From Bugula neritina (Eukaryota > Animalia > Bryozoa): a DNA stretch of 64,000 nt. The position numbers and the translations under genes were made by a program. The notes under the pieces are model-generated. The model saw only the letters and a program-made list of their open reading frames with translations. It was not told the origin of the DNA and ran no database searches. Below are positions 38,701-49,900 of this stretch, one piece after another. Where the stretch lies: positions 23,283,319 to 23,347,318 of the forward strand of contig OZ037768.1 of NCBI GenBank assembly GCA_964035545.1. Reading direction: 5' to 3'. Numbering within the stretch: position 1 is the first letter of the stretch; each line of letters opens with the position of its first letter.

Positions 38701-41700
38701 GGTACTTCTATTTGCACTTTGAACTCTTCTGTATATATGTCATGTATACACGTCAGTAGCACTTCCTGTTTGCAGGCTCGCACCACGGCCGGCGTTCTGC
38801 TGATTTACGAGGCCTTCTCGTACAAAGAGCGGCCGACTCGAGACAGACTGGAGATGAGGTTCAGCAGACTTCAACACAACGTCATAGTGCGGGAGAGGAA
38901 ACGGGTTGCTAAGAAGCGAAACGCTGAGGGTGCCGTAGATGAGGGGAAGATTACGTACTCAACTAAGTTGTTGCATTCCTTTGAGAATATCGGAGGGTAC
39001 AGTGGGGTAAGTCTCTAGCTTATGTAACTTACGCGTAAGTCTCATGTACCTTACTTGTGTTTCTAATGTAACTTACTTGTAAGTGTAATTTAACCTCCAG
39101 GCAATATTTATATAACTCACATATAAGTATCATTTAACTTACAGATAAGTCTTATATAACTTACCTGTAAGCATTATATACCTTACCTGTAAGTATTATA
39201 TAACTTACAGGTGTTTCTCACTGGCGCGTACCCACACTGGTTCATCCTCTCAAGGAAAGGAGAGCTGAGGTGTCACCCCATGGGTATTGACAAGGGCATC
39301 GTGTGTATGTCCAACTTCCACAATATCAACTCTCCCCGGGGCTTTCTCTACTTCAACACTCAGGTAATCGCTACTTCCTGTAGCTATCGGCACTTCCTGT
39401 AGCTATCAGCACTTCTTGTAGCTATCGGCACTTCCTGTAGCTATCGGCACTTCCTGTAGCTATCGGCACTTCCTGTAGCTATCGGCACTTCCTGTAGTCG
39501 TGTATAATGAAGGTGCTCGTTACTTTATATAGTTATATGTATTACAGTATATAGTTATATGTATTACTCTATATAGTTTTATGTATTACAGTATATAGTT
39601 ATATGTATTACAGTATATAGTTCTATGTATTACAGTATATAGTTATATGTATTACAGTATATAGTTATATGTATTACAGTATATAGTTATATGTATTACA
39701 GTATATAGTTCTATGTATTACAGTATATAGTTATATGTATTACAGTATATAGTTATATGTATTACAGTATATAGTTATATGTATTACTCTATATAGTTAT
39801 ATGTATTACTCTATATAGTTATATGTATTACAGTATATAGTTATATGTATTACAGTATATAGTTATATGTATTACAGTATATAGTTATATGTATTACAGT
39901 ACATACTACTATACACACATATTACTTTATGCCGTGCAGGATGAGTTAAGGATATCCATACTACCAGCTCATCTGGCCTACGAGCACCAGTGGCCCTCCA
40001 GGAAGGTTCCTCTGAAGACGACGGCTCATTTTATCCTCTACGACCCTGAGTCTAAGGTAGTGCAACTCCCACCTCTACACTCCCACCTCTACACTCCCCC
40101 CTCTACACTCCCACCTCCACACTCCCACCTCTACACTCCCACCTCTACACTCCCACCTCTACACTCCCCCCTCTACACTCCCACCCCTACACTCTCACCT
40201 CTACTCTCACCTCTACTCTCACCTCTACTCCCACCTCTACACTCCCACCTCTACACTCCCACCTCTACACTCCCACCTCTACACTCCCACCTCTACACTC
40301 ACCTCTACACTCACCTCTACACTCACCTCTACACTCACCTCTACACTCCCACCTCTACACTCACCTCTACACTCCCACCTCTACAATCCCACCTCTACAC
40401 TCCCACCTCTACACTCCCACCTCTACACTCACCTCTACACTCCCACCTCTACACACTCACCTCTACACTCACCTCTACACTCCCACCTCTACACTCTCAC
40501 CTCTACACACTCACCTCTACACTCCCACCTCTACACTCCCACCTCTACACACTCACCTCTACAATCCCACCTCTACACTCCCACCTCTACACTCCCACCT
40601 CTACACTCACCTCTACACTCCCACCTCTACACACTCACCTCTACAATCCCACCTCTACACTTCCACCTCTACACTCCCACCTCTGTATTCTAATGCTTGC
40701 TTCTGTGAATCTCACTCTATAATTTTATATGCTAAGACTAACATATTTATCTATTTTCCAAGTATTTATGTATTTCCTGGAGTTGTTTGTCCTTTGCCAG
40801 GTCTACATCGTAGTCTGCAGCAAAACCGAAGTGTGTAAAAAGTTTGTAAGAATAGAAAATGACGAGAAGCAGTACGTGGAGATGGAGAAAGGTAGGCTGG
40901 TTGGGTGTAATCTGCAGGTTCTGGAAACAGCAGTAGCAGCAGTATTAGTGGCAGTGGCAGTAGTAGTAACAGTAGTAGCAGTAGTAATAGTAGTAGCAGT
41001 AGTAGTACTAGTAGTAGTAGTAGTAGTAGCAGCAGTAGCAGTAGTAGTAGTAGCAGCTTTCCAAAACTTCTGCCTTTAGCTCATGAACAGTAAATGTAGT
41101 TGGCTTCTGTAGCTTTTACTCTTTCCCACAATTTGAGATACACAAATAAAATCAAACTTATTATGCAACAGAAATAATGCTACTAAACAAAAATGCATTA
41201 ATACACTAAATAATTCCGTAAGTTTAACTGTAAAATATTATTATGATGGTTTATGCTACACAAGAAGAGGTTCTACATTGTTTGTTGATTTTTATTATTA
41301 TTTAGTTGTATTGTTATTAGAAGAACTAGCTTTTGAACAAGCGGTCTAAATGATTTCAATTTAATATTTGCATTTTCCATATTTATAGATTTATAGCTAT
41401 TGACTTGGTGGTGTTCCGTTCGATAATGTAAACACCTGAATAACAATCAATCATCTGACATATCAAGGTGTTGTCAAATTTGAAAATATTCCATCAAATA
41501 TTATGAGTGATCATCTTCCTTTTATGAAGTTGCCATTTTGTAGCTAGATTACCTAATGCTGAATTAGTAATCAGACTCTGTGGCGCAATTGGTAGCGCGT
41601 CTGACTCCAGATCAGAAGGCTGCGTGTTCGAGTCACGTCAGGGTCAATTTTTTTTTATTAAATTGATGCTTTTACAACCAATCCAATAATGCCTAAGACT

Positions 41701-44700
41701 AAGAATTTTCTATATTTCAGTTAATTTGAACATTTAATCTCTGTGAACCCTTTCTTTGGTAAATATCTAAGGCATGTACAAAGTGTTTTAATATCTTTAG
41801 AATAGACTTCCCTACAGTTTTCTGGCAGAGTATTTTGTTATAATATGACATTTAAAATAAATGCACACATGCACAATAACACATTCCAGTATGCTATAAT
41901 TAAACCATATCGCCTGATTTGTTGAACCAGTTACATACGAGATTGTGTTCTATGCATCTTCACTCTAAGTTGTAAACTATTTACAACTAGTAGAAGTGAA
42001 CAAATCTAAAAGTAACTTCTAATCGTTTAAAGTACTTTGATCTCAGTGATTGTGGTAATTGTAGACGAGAGATTTGTTTACCCGACTCAAGAGAATTACT
42101 ACATACAGCTCCTGTCTCCCATCAACTGTGACTTCATACCGGGCACACGGTGGGTATCTCATCATCAATACCTTCTACACAGTATATCACCTTTCTTCAT
42201 GAAATTGTCACCATATACTCTATTGAGTGAAGTTGTACTGGTGGGTGTTAAGTTCTTGTTGCTAGGCAAGTGGAAACTGTTTACTGGTGCAATGCATGCA
42301 AATATACATCTGCAGAGACATGTCTGCATAGATACGTCTGCTTTCAGGATCAACGCGGAGGAAGGCGAGTCCATCACTGCCATGGAGATTGTGAGTCTCA
42401 ACACAGATCACCAGATGAAGACTATCGTCTCTATTGGCACCAGTTACTGCTATAATGAAGAGGTCACTGCTCGTGGGAAGGTGAGATCCACTTCCTCTAC
42501 TGTCTACTTCCTGTACAGTCTACTTCCTGTACTGTCTACTTCCTGTATGGTCTACTTCCTGTACTATCTACTTCCTGTACAGTCTACTTCCTGTACGAGT
42601 GGAGCTCAACTTTGTTGTGTGAAGCAGCGGTTAATTTTGCTGTTTTTATTATTCAACATTCAATTTGAGAAATGTTGAATGATTTGTGAACTAAAGCGAT
42701 TTTTCCTAACAAGCTGAACTGAAATTTTATACCCTCAGTGCTTTACACTATAGCAAGGTTAATTCTCACCACTGCCAGTCTATTCTAGTTGGAGGGTTAG
42801 ACATAAAAGACACTTTGTCATTTAAAGTTAGTAACTTTGGCGAATAAGTTTAATATAAGGAAACTGGTATAAGACAAGCTTTCGAAAAGTATAGCGTGGG
42901 TTTCTCTTACTTCCAGATCACATTATATGAGATCATAGAAGTGGTCCCGGAGCCCGGCCAACCCCTGACTAAAAACAAGTTGAAAGAAGTTTACTCGAAG
43001 GATCAGAAAGGTCCAGTCACAGCTGTGACTCATGTGGAGGGAATGCTCATCGCTGCCATTGGCCAGAAGGTGTGTCTTCAGTTGTAGATATGAAATGGGA
43101 GAACAAGTGCTTGGCTTTTGGATTTACATTTTGATCTGACTGAAAAAATTACAAATAAAATTAATACTGATGCCTTTTAAATATATATGCAAAGGGTTAA
43201 TAAATTGGTGAAACACTTGGCAGTGAATTACTGCTTGGAATGTAATGGTTTAGTGCTTTGACTAGGGACAGCAATGTTGGCCAGCCAGGGAGCAACCGTG
43301 GTCTAGAGGTTAGAGTGTTTGGCTTGGTAAACACGACATCATGGGTTCAAACCCCAGTAAATGCCATTGGTGATGTTAGGAAGAGCATCCAGTCATAATT
43401 GCTCCTGTGCCACATCTTGATAAGTCCTTAGCCCTATAAAGGAAAAACCCTTCCATCAGGGGTTTCTCACAAGGATGGTGGCTATAAACTTGCATGAGTG
43501 AGTGAGAAATGTTGGTCATCTCTATAGTCTATATTACAGATAAATATATCCGAACTGAAAGATGGATAGTTGTATATTGTAGATATATGTATTCGAGCTG
43601 AAAGATGGAGAGCTGTGTGGTGCTTCCTTTATCGATACTCAGTTATACATTCATCAGATGGTGTCCATCAAGAACCTGATTCTGATAGCCGACATACAGA
43701 TGAGTGTCAGTGTACTGAGATATCAGCCTGACCATCGAGTGCTTTCTGTAGTTAGTAGAGTGAGTATACTTAGATATCAATTTGAATATAAAGTGTAATC
43801 TGTAGTCAGTAGCGTGAATACACTCAGATATCAATTTGAATATAAAGTGTAATTTGTAGTTATTAGAGTGAGTATACTGAGATATCAATCTGAATACAGA
43901 GTGTAATCTGCAGTTAGTAGAGTATACGCTGTAAACATGATCACACATTATTATTTTCGTGTTATTTTTTGTACATGGAATTCTTGCATAATTTTAAGTA
44001 CTTTTTTAAACTCAATGATTTTTCTGTCTATAAAGTAAACTTTTCTCACATACTATCTCTCTGATATTCCTATCTCAAAGTTGTCTCCTCTCCCACTTTG
44101 TAGGACTTGAAGCCAATGGAGACTTACGGGGTAGAGTTTGCTGTAGATAACACCAACCTCGGTTTTCTGGCTACAGACAGAGAGCAGAATCTCTCCATCT
44201 TCCTCTACCAACCAGACGATATCGTGAGTTCTGGTGGCACCATCCTTATCAAGAAAGCAGACATCAACATAGGCACATGGTAAGGTAGTTCTGTAGTGGA
44301 GTTTACTGAACCTGCACAGACTTTAAACACAAAATTGTAGGCCAAGTTTTTTTCTCAGTCTTTTTATTTCCATCTGTTATGGCTGTTTTCTATTTAATTA
44401 TTGATAACTAGCAGGGAGAGGTTTCTAATTAGCAATTGCAAAATGCAGATTTATTCCATTCAGATGTGTGAATTTCACAAATTTAAACTGTGGTTTCCAA
44501 TTACTTTGAGCTGCTCATAATTTACATACATGTAATTGAAAGCCAAAAAGATTCTGTCACTTGAATATAACCAGAGAGAGTGGGGGGGGGGGCAGAGGGG
44601 TACCGATGTTACTATATTAGTGGAATATAGAGCTTAGGGATATTACTGATAACTTTACTAGTGTGTAACAGCAAATTGAAGGGCAACTTTTCCTATTCTA

Positions 44701-46042
44701 TGTTGCAGTTTAAAACTAGCGTCTTATTTCCCAGTTTCAGCTGGTAAATATGTGTCCTCTTGTTACTGTATTCTACTATGTTGTCTTTCGTGACACCTGC
44801 TAGAGGTAATATACCTGTGAGGTATGAGTGTACCACCTTCACCTGTGGTGTTATGTTTGCAGTGTTAACAGTCTGTGTCGTGTGAGATGTAAACTCAATG
44901 ACCCAACAACCATCAGGCAGTTTTCCGGCATTGTGGAGAAAAGACACGTCACTTATTATGGTAGGACTTTGGGAGAACATGTTTGTAGACTTTAGAATTT
45001 TTTGAGATTTTATGCAATTTTTCAGCTATTTTGCCAATGAATATTCGATTCTAATTCACAAGTTTGACTACTAAGCTGGAAGCTAGTGAACCAGGAGTAG
45101 AGACAGTTGGTAACTTTTCAGGTCAATCATGTAAACTGAAACTCAAATAGCTTACTAGTCAGTGAAGGTTTTGCTGCAACTTCATTTCACTGTTATATTG
45201 TGATTGGCTGAAACTCAAACAACCTTTAGCTTGAGATCTTGTGTTGTAGCATCTGTTGATGGTGCGGTGGGTTACTTACTCCCCCTCACTGAGAGAGTTT
45301 ACAGACGACTGGATATGACGCAGAAACTATTATATACTACAATTCAGCACACGGCCGGACTCAATCCTATGACTTTCAGGTACTCGGGCTAAATTCATGA
45401 CTTGAAGGCTACAACGTATTATCTAGGGTGAAAGTGAGGTGTGAGCAAAGTGAGTGGAGGTGACAAGCTGTAGCAAGTTCTTGCCAATGCCAGTGTCAAG
45501 TCACATGACCAATATTGTCATTCTACACTGCGTTTCCATGAATGTGCATTATGTGAGTTTGTGTTGAGGTTTGCATGAACTTACGGTTATGGTTTCTTTC
45601 GATGTAACTGTTAGGCGAATGAAAAATTCATTCACATGATTATGGAAATGTAGTGATAGAACCGTCAATGTACCTCCCCCTATATGATTTCCTGTATAGC
45701 GTATGTCTTATATATACAACTTTCCAACTGATATGCTTCTGTAGGTCACATGTCATCTTTGAACTTTGCAATAGTGCGTACCTACTTTGTCAATATGTCC
45801 CACAATACACGTCTTATGATGTCATATCCTGTCTCTATTATCCCGATATATACAGGTCAGTGAAGAGTCAGAATAAAATCCTGCAGAATGCTAAGCACAA
45901 CCTGATAGATGGTGACTTGGTGTGGAAGTTTCTGGGTCTCTCCCTCACCGACCAGGCGACTATAGCCGAGCGTATGGGTTCCACTACCGACCAGATCATA
46001 GAGGATATGCTGGAGATAGATAGGATAACTACCCACTTCTAG
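20742..46042 (+). CDS. CPSF1: Cleavage and polyadenylation specificity factor subunit 1 (CPSF160), about 35 coding exons
   Basis: Exons at approx. 20742-20753, 21258-21411, 21670-21809, 22705-22785, 23264-23403, 23796-23939, 24717-24855, 25123-25233, 26367-26460, 26910-26997, 27183-27293, 27641-27698, 31374-31477, 33507-33599, 33801-33959, 34191-34268, 34887-35025, 35298-35473, 36590-36764, 37266-37397, 37630-37708, 38033-38136, 38341-38419, 38776-39006, 39211-39363, 39940-40056, 40801-40891, 42065-42148, 42348-42480, 42917-43069, 43583-43759, 44104-44279, 44863-44960, 45250-45379 and 45856-46042. Peptides [101 protein letters not shown] and the C-terminal DRITTHF match CPSF160. Confidence 0.97.
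22470..22692. repeat. 22-bp AT-rich minisatellite ending at a CPSF1 acceptor
   Basis: About 10 copies of AATATAAATACAATAAATATRT ending about 12 nt before the exon at 22705. Confidence 0.9.
23118..23284 (+). repeat. 40/41-bp repeat quadruplicating a CPSF1 splice acceptor and exon start
   Basis: TGTCTGTTACAG|AGTGGACTCTACAGTAACTTCA x4, giving possible exon starts at 23143, 23183, 23224 and 23264. Confidence 0.95.
23972..24705. repeat. About 56-bp minisatellite filling most of a CPSF1 intron
   Basis: About 13 copies of CTCTCTTGTATATACAACACACCTCTCTATTATATAATATATACCACCCCTTTCT. Confidence 0.95.
25273..25745. repeat. 10-bp-based compound minisatellite (TGTACTGCAG/TGTAGTGCAA)
   Basis: Starts about 40 nt after the donor at 25234; source of several spurious ORFs. 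Confidence 0.95.
25977..26356. repeat. 30-bp minisatellite ending at a CPSF1 acceptor
   Basis: About 12 copies of ATACATACTAATTACAGTATTATACAAACT ending about 10 nt before exon 26367. Confidence 0.95.
27280..27551 (+). repeat. 26-bp repeat multiplying a CPSF1 splice donor
   Basis: CTCAGACTACGCAG|GTTAGTTTACTA x10; the first copy starts inside the exon. Confidence 0.95.
29021..30594 (-). CDS. Nested secreted protein (about 387 aa): signal peptide, putative beta-propeller (NHL/SMP30-like) region and C-terminal PAN/apple domain
   Basis: Exon 1 30594-30528 ([23 protein letters not shown], donor GTATGT, phase 1) joins exon 2 30117-29021, which is fully open and extends 200 nt beyond the listed ORF. 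C-terminal C..C-x3-C-x5-CKAFAF-x6-CGLY is the PAN cysteine pattern. Several N-x-S/T sequons. Lies antisense inside CPSF1 intron 27699-31373. Confidence 0.8.
31895..32654. mobile_element. About 760-bp MITE, possibly Tc1/mariner-like
   Basis: Left CAGTATCACGGGCTTTCCATGGATCGATCTGAGA vs reverse complement of right CAGCTTCACCGGCTTTCCATGGACCGATCTCAGA (about 29/34). Preceded by TA. Repeated palindromic AGATCGATCT subterminal motifs at both ends. Confidence 0.8.
33591..33778 (+). repeat. 20-bp repeat of a perfect splice donor, forming almost the whole intron 33600-33800
   Basis: CTCTGTCAG|GTGAGTCAATA with nine CAG|GTGAGT junctions at 33600, 33620 ... 33760. Confidence 0.97.
35805..36589. repeat. 22-bp minisatellite whose last unit supplies the acceptor
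   Basis: About 35 copies of AACTTAATACTATGTTATATAG; the last ends GTTATACAG|GAG at exon 36590. Confidence 0.95.
39366..39497. repeat. 19-bp repeat immediately after a donor
   Basis: CTATCGGCACTTCCTGTAG x7. Confidence 0.95.
39526..39905. repeat. 21-bp AT-rich minisatellite
   Basis: About 18 copies of TATATAGTTATATGTATTACAG-like unit before exon 39940. Confidence 0.95.
40064..40685. repeat. 12/14-bp C-rich minisatellite after a donor
   Basis: (ACTCCCACCTCTAC)n starting 8 nt into the intron; causes the spurious [11 protein letters not shown] extension. Confidence 0.95.
40928..41056. repeat. (GTA/GCA)n trinucleotide microsatellite
   Basis: Seen directly. Confidence 0.9.
41574..41646 (+). tRNA. 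tRNA-Trp (anticodon CCA), intronic in CPSF1
   Basis: GACTCTGTGGCGCAATTGGTAGCGCGTCTGACTCCAGATCAGAAGGCTGCGTGTTCGAGTCACGTCAGGGTCA. Acceptor stem GACTCTG/CAGGGTC, anticodon arm TCTGA-CTCCAGA-TCAGA, T loop GTTCGAGTC, followed by an oligo-T Pol III terminator. Confidence 0.97.
42488..42596. repeat. 16-bp repeat immediately after a donor
   Basis: CTACTTCCTGTACAGT-like unit x7. Confidence 0.9.
43284..43507 (+). mobile_element. tRNA-derived SINE (copy 2)
   Basis: GGGAGCAACCGTGGTCTAGAGG (A box), GGTTCAAACCC (B box), body shared with copy 1, (GAGT)n tail, and target-site duplication AATGTTGGCCA (43273-43283) / AATGTTGGTCA (43508-43518). Confidence 0.85.
43706..43925 (+). repeat. Diverged 54-bp repeat copying the last 54 nt of a CPSF1 exon into the intron
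   Basis: Exonic GTCAGTGTACTGAGATATCAG...TGTAGTTAGTAGA is mirrored by intronic units at 43760, 43814 and 43868. Confidence 0.85.
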
Positions 46043-46322
46043 AATGTATATAGAAGTTTTAGAGAGGATAACTACCCACTTCTAGAATGTTTATAGAAGT
46101 TGTAGAGAGGATAACTACCCACTTCTAGAATGTTTATAGAAGTTGTAGAGAGGATAACTACCCACTTCTAGAATGTGTATAGGAGTTATAAATAGGATAA
46201 CTAATAAATTCTAGAATGTTTACAGAAGTTGTAGAGAGGATAACTACTAACTTCTAGAATGTTTATAGAAGTTATAGAGAGGATAACTACTAACTTCTAG
46301 AATGTTTATAGGAGTTATAGAT
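46018..46322 (+). repeat. 43-bp repeat copying the last CPSF1 codons and stop into the 3' UTR
   Basis: AGGATAACTACCCACTTCTAGAATGTTTATAGAAGTTGTAGAG, about 7 copies. Confidence 0.95.
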
Positions 46323-46976
46323 AATATAACATATATGACGATAGCCCTAATTCATTTGTCTATAGATTAGAAATCTGTACATGCTAGAATTGTTTATATC
46401 CAAAACATTTACTATAAATTACCTCTTTACACAGGTAAACAGTCACCAAAATGTTGTTGTCTGCTAATCGATTAAATGCAGTCTTGACAAAGTTTTGGAG
46501 TTTTATTGAAATCACAAATCATGTAAATAGCTAAACTTTCCACAATATAATGTAAATAAAAGTAAAAACCGGCACTATTTTGTGATAAATTGCTACTCTA
46601 AAGGCACATAGAATAGTCCATTGCACTACTAACTCATAATAATAAGAGAACTAATAGAATTACCTGCGTAGAAAGGAAAATGATTGCATCAGTGCTGTGT
46701 GGGTCTACAGCTGGTAATCAATATAATGTTATATAATCATAATAAATAGCACCAATAAGTCATAGCTAAGCCTGTATTAATTAGAACTGAAATCTGAACT
46801 CAAAGCAGTATAAACTTTGGATTAGACCCTATAACTATAGGAAATGATATACATTTGGAAGGATGGCTGTTGGGCGATAAAGCATACTAAGTTGACTATC
46901 AATACTGTAATGAATGATGTACAGTATTTTCATGAAGTGACAACTCTGTGTTGTAAAGTTAGTCCAAGGAAATACG

Positions 46977-49900
46977 TTATAACTGGAATCTCTTTTGTGC
47001 TTCATCTACCACCATCTCTGCAATGGCCAGCGAGGATGTGGCGGCTGGGGACGGAGCGTTACGTACATGTAGCATATGCGGGCTGAACTCACCCGTCCCT
47101 CCTTCATATATGAAATCACTGACTAAATTGCCATCAGGTGCTAAGGCTATAGCTCTCACTCCAGATGGTCCTCTGTAAACAGAATGAGTCAAAATCAACA
47201 AATTTAAAATAAATAAGCTCATTCATTAAATTCAACAACTCCAAATCAACCCCCCAGTTTCTGTTTCAGTTTATAAATATTACATAACAGCACTTCAGAA
47301 TAGCAACCTTTCCACATCGTCTGGTGTGATATCCGGAATAAATCTCTGCAATTTCTTGACAGTGGCTCTTAGATTCACTCCGTAATAAAGTTCACTGGCT
47401 GCATAACCAAAGTTCTTCAGCACCAACTTCTGTACACCTCTAGAAGCACAGGCTATACATAATACTACTAGAAACACAGGCTATACATGATACTACTAGA
47501 AACACAGGCTATACATGATACTACTAGAAACACAGGCTATACATGACACTACTAGAAACACAGGCTATATATGACACTACTAGAAACACAGGCTATACAT
47601 GACACTACTAGAAACACAGGCTATATATGACACTACTAGAAACACAGGCTATACATGACACTACTAGAAACACAGGCTATACATAATACTACTAGAAACA
47701 CAGGCTATACATGACACTACTAGAAACACAGGCTATACATAATACTACTAGAAACACAGGCTATACATGACACTACTAGAAACACAGGCTATACATGACA
47801 CTACTAGAAGCACAAGGTGTGATATGACTCATCAGATCACCTGTAGGTTATTGCTTCCATAAACTCTTTGGCGTTGAAGTCAAAAGGACTGTAACCTTCC
47901 CGTTTAAAAGCCAGAACAGCATTTGGCCCCAGCCACATATCTCCGTTCATTCGGGGAGTAAAATGGAAGCCAAGGAACGGGAATCTCGGATCTGGAACCT
48001 TGCCAACAAAATATATTCAAATTGAAAAAATTTATTAATGAATTGATTTTCATAAAGACATGATAACATATGTTAGGAATTGGTTGATAAATAATTGTTT
48101 TTTATCTTTGACAATACTTATGGTAGAGTGTACACATACAAATCTACATACAGTGTACTGTACTATAGTACTTTACAACATATAGCACTGTTATATTAGT
48201 AAATCTTGAAACTTACTAAATCTATCTGGCAAGATATGTGCATTAGATAAGATATTATATGGCATTGGGTGGCCTGAAAAATGCATTATTTAAGGCTAAA
48301 CCATATTTTAACCATTAACTTCTTTTTAAATAGTTGTCTTCATACACCGCACTTTATATAGCTATGTTAGTTAATACCAGTAAGCATCATGATTACTAAA
48401 CAAACACTAACCGACAAAAAAATCTTCAACTGACTCAAATATGATAGTGCAAACTTACCTAAAGTCAGGTAAAAACACATACAGTATTTTACAAAACCAC
48501 ACCTTGTTGGTTTTATTCCAACTAGCCAATATCCAGTAAGTCTGACACCTTCTAACAAGCTGACTCACCGGGTAGATATTTCCTCTCACCAGATGTCTCT
48601 TGCTAGGTTTTAACACGAGATAATCTCCCCTGAATGGTACAATCTTGGGCAGACGATCACCTCCTGACATTTGAGCGACCTTGTCAGAGTAGAGTCCGGC
48701 ACAAGTGATGACATACTTTGACTTAATGACGGTGTCCTGGAGGAAAAAACAGCGTGTGGCTCTGCAGCGCCAACAGCAATAGGAGTGAAAATATGATGGG
48801 AAATGTGATAATAGCCACTTCCTTGACATTACAAAACGTTATAAAGAATTACAGTAACGCCAATACTCAAATTTCTTATTAAATTCACATTTATACAATC
48901 TCTAGTTATTTGAGTGTCTACTGTATATGGCCTGGTAGCTTAATTGCAAATAAAACATTTTTCAACCATTAAAGTTTTTATGTCGTATTTCTTGAATAAA
49001 AAACAACTTTTTAACTATTAAGTTTTGCAGTCAAATTCTGTAGTGATCACAGAATTTGGTAGTTAGAATTGACTAGTGAGAAGACGCAGATAGAAAAAAT
49101 GATAAGTTATACAGAAAACATATAATAAAGTCTTGCCATAGAATCATTCAATAGAAGAGGTCATATTAGCCTTGAAAAAAGCACATTGCTTTGAATCGGG
49201 CCAATCAAAACCAACAACGTAGTTTAACATACACCTCAGACAACTTTACTTCCCATTTAGAGGCAGGGGTTGGCTAGTAGCTACAGTAGCAGTATTTCAA
49301 GAGAGCTTTCATTAAGGAAAAGTATTCTAATATAAGCTGCGTTATGGCAGATCATGTGACGCACCTTATCTTTGCCGTGGATAGACACGTATTCTGAGTT
49401 AGTAGCCTCAGGTTTACTGAAGGAGGAGACCTCAAAGTTGGTGTAGGTTTGGCCGCCATCCCTCCGGAACAGCTCTACCAGGCAGTTAGCCACAGCACCA
49501 TAGTCTACTATACCAGTGTGGGGGGAGTGAATAGCCCTCAAACCCTACAATTTCAACAAACGTCACAGTGAGTCACATTCCACTTTGTAAGTTGAGGCAA
49601 ACAACATAGATGTATAATTACAAACTAAAAAATAGAATGAAGAAAAGTTCAAGTATAAAGCTATATATAAACAAAAACCACACAACTATGTATAATTAAC
49701 ATAAAATCTTAGAGTCATGCAAATAGTCGTCCTCAAAATATTTACGAAGCCCAAGTTTCAATTTGGACAATAAACCCTAAATTTTCTAAACATTACATCC
49801 CCTGCTGAAAGGTTTCACTAGAACATATTTAAGTAAAAGTTATCAGTTAAAGACACAAACTCAAAAGGACAGTTTCTAAAATTTATAGATTACTTTTTTT

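Noticed and set aside
39889-41079. 277-aa Pro/His-rich ORF and poly-Val ORF resembling extensin or a membrane helix
   Set aside because: Real CPSF1 exons (39940-40056, 40801-40891) read through donors into a C-rich minisatellite and a (GTA)n tract.
43288-43360. tRNA-like A and B boxes as a second tRNA gene
   Set aside because: No complete cloverleaf; it continues into a shared SINE body with a target-site duplication.
27750-45640. Possible intronic snoRNAs in CPSF1 introns
   Set aside because: I found no convincing C/D box pair with a terminal stem or H/ACA double hairpin by eye; an Infernal/Rfam scan is needed.
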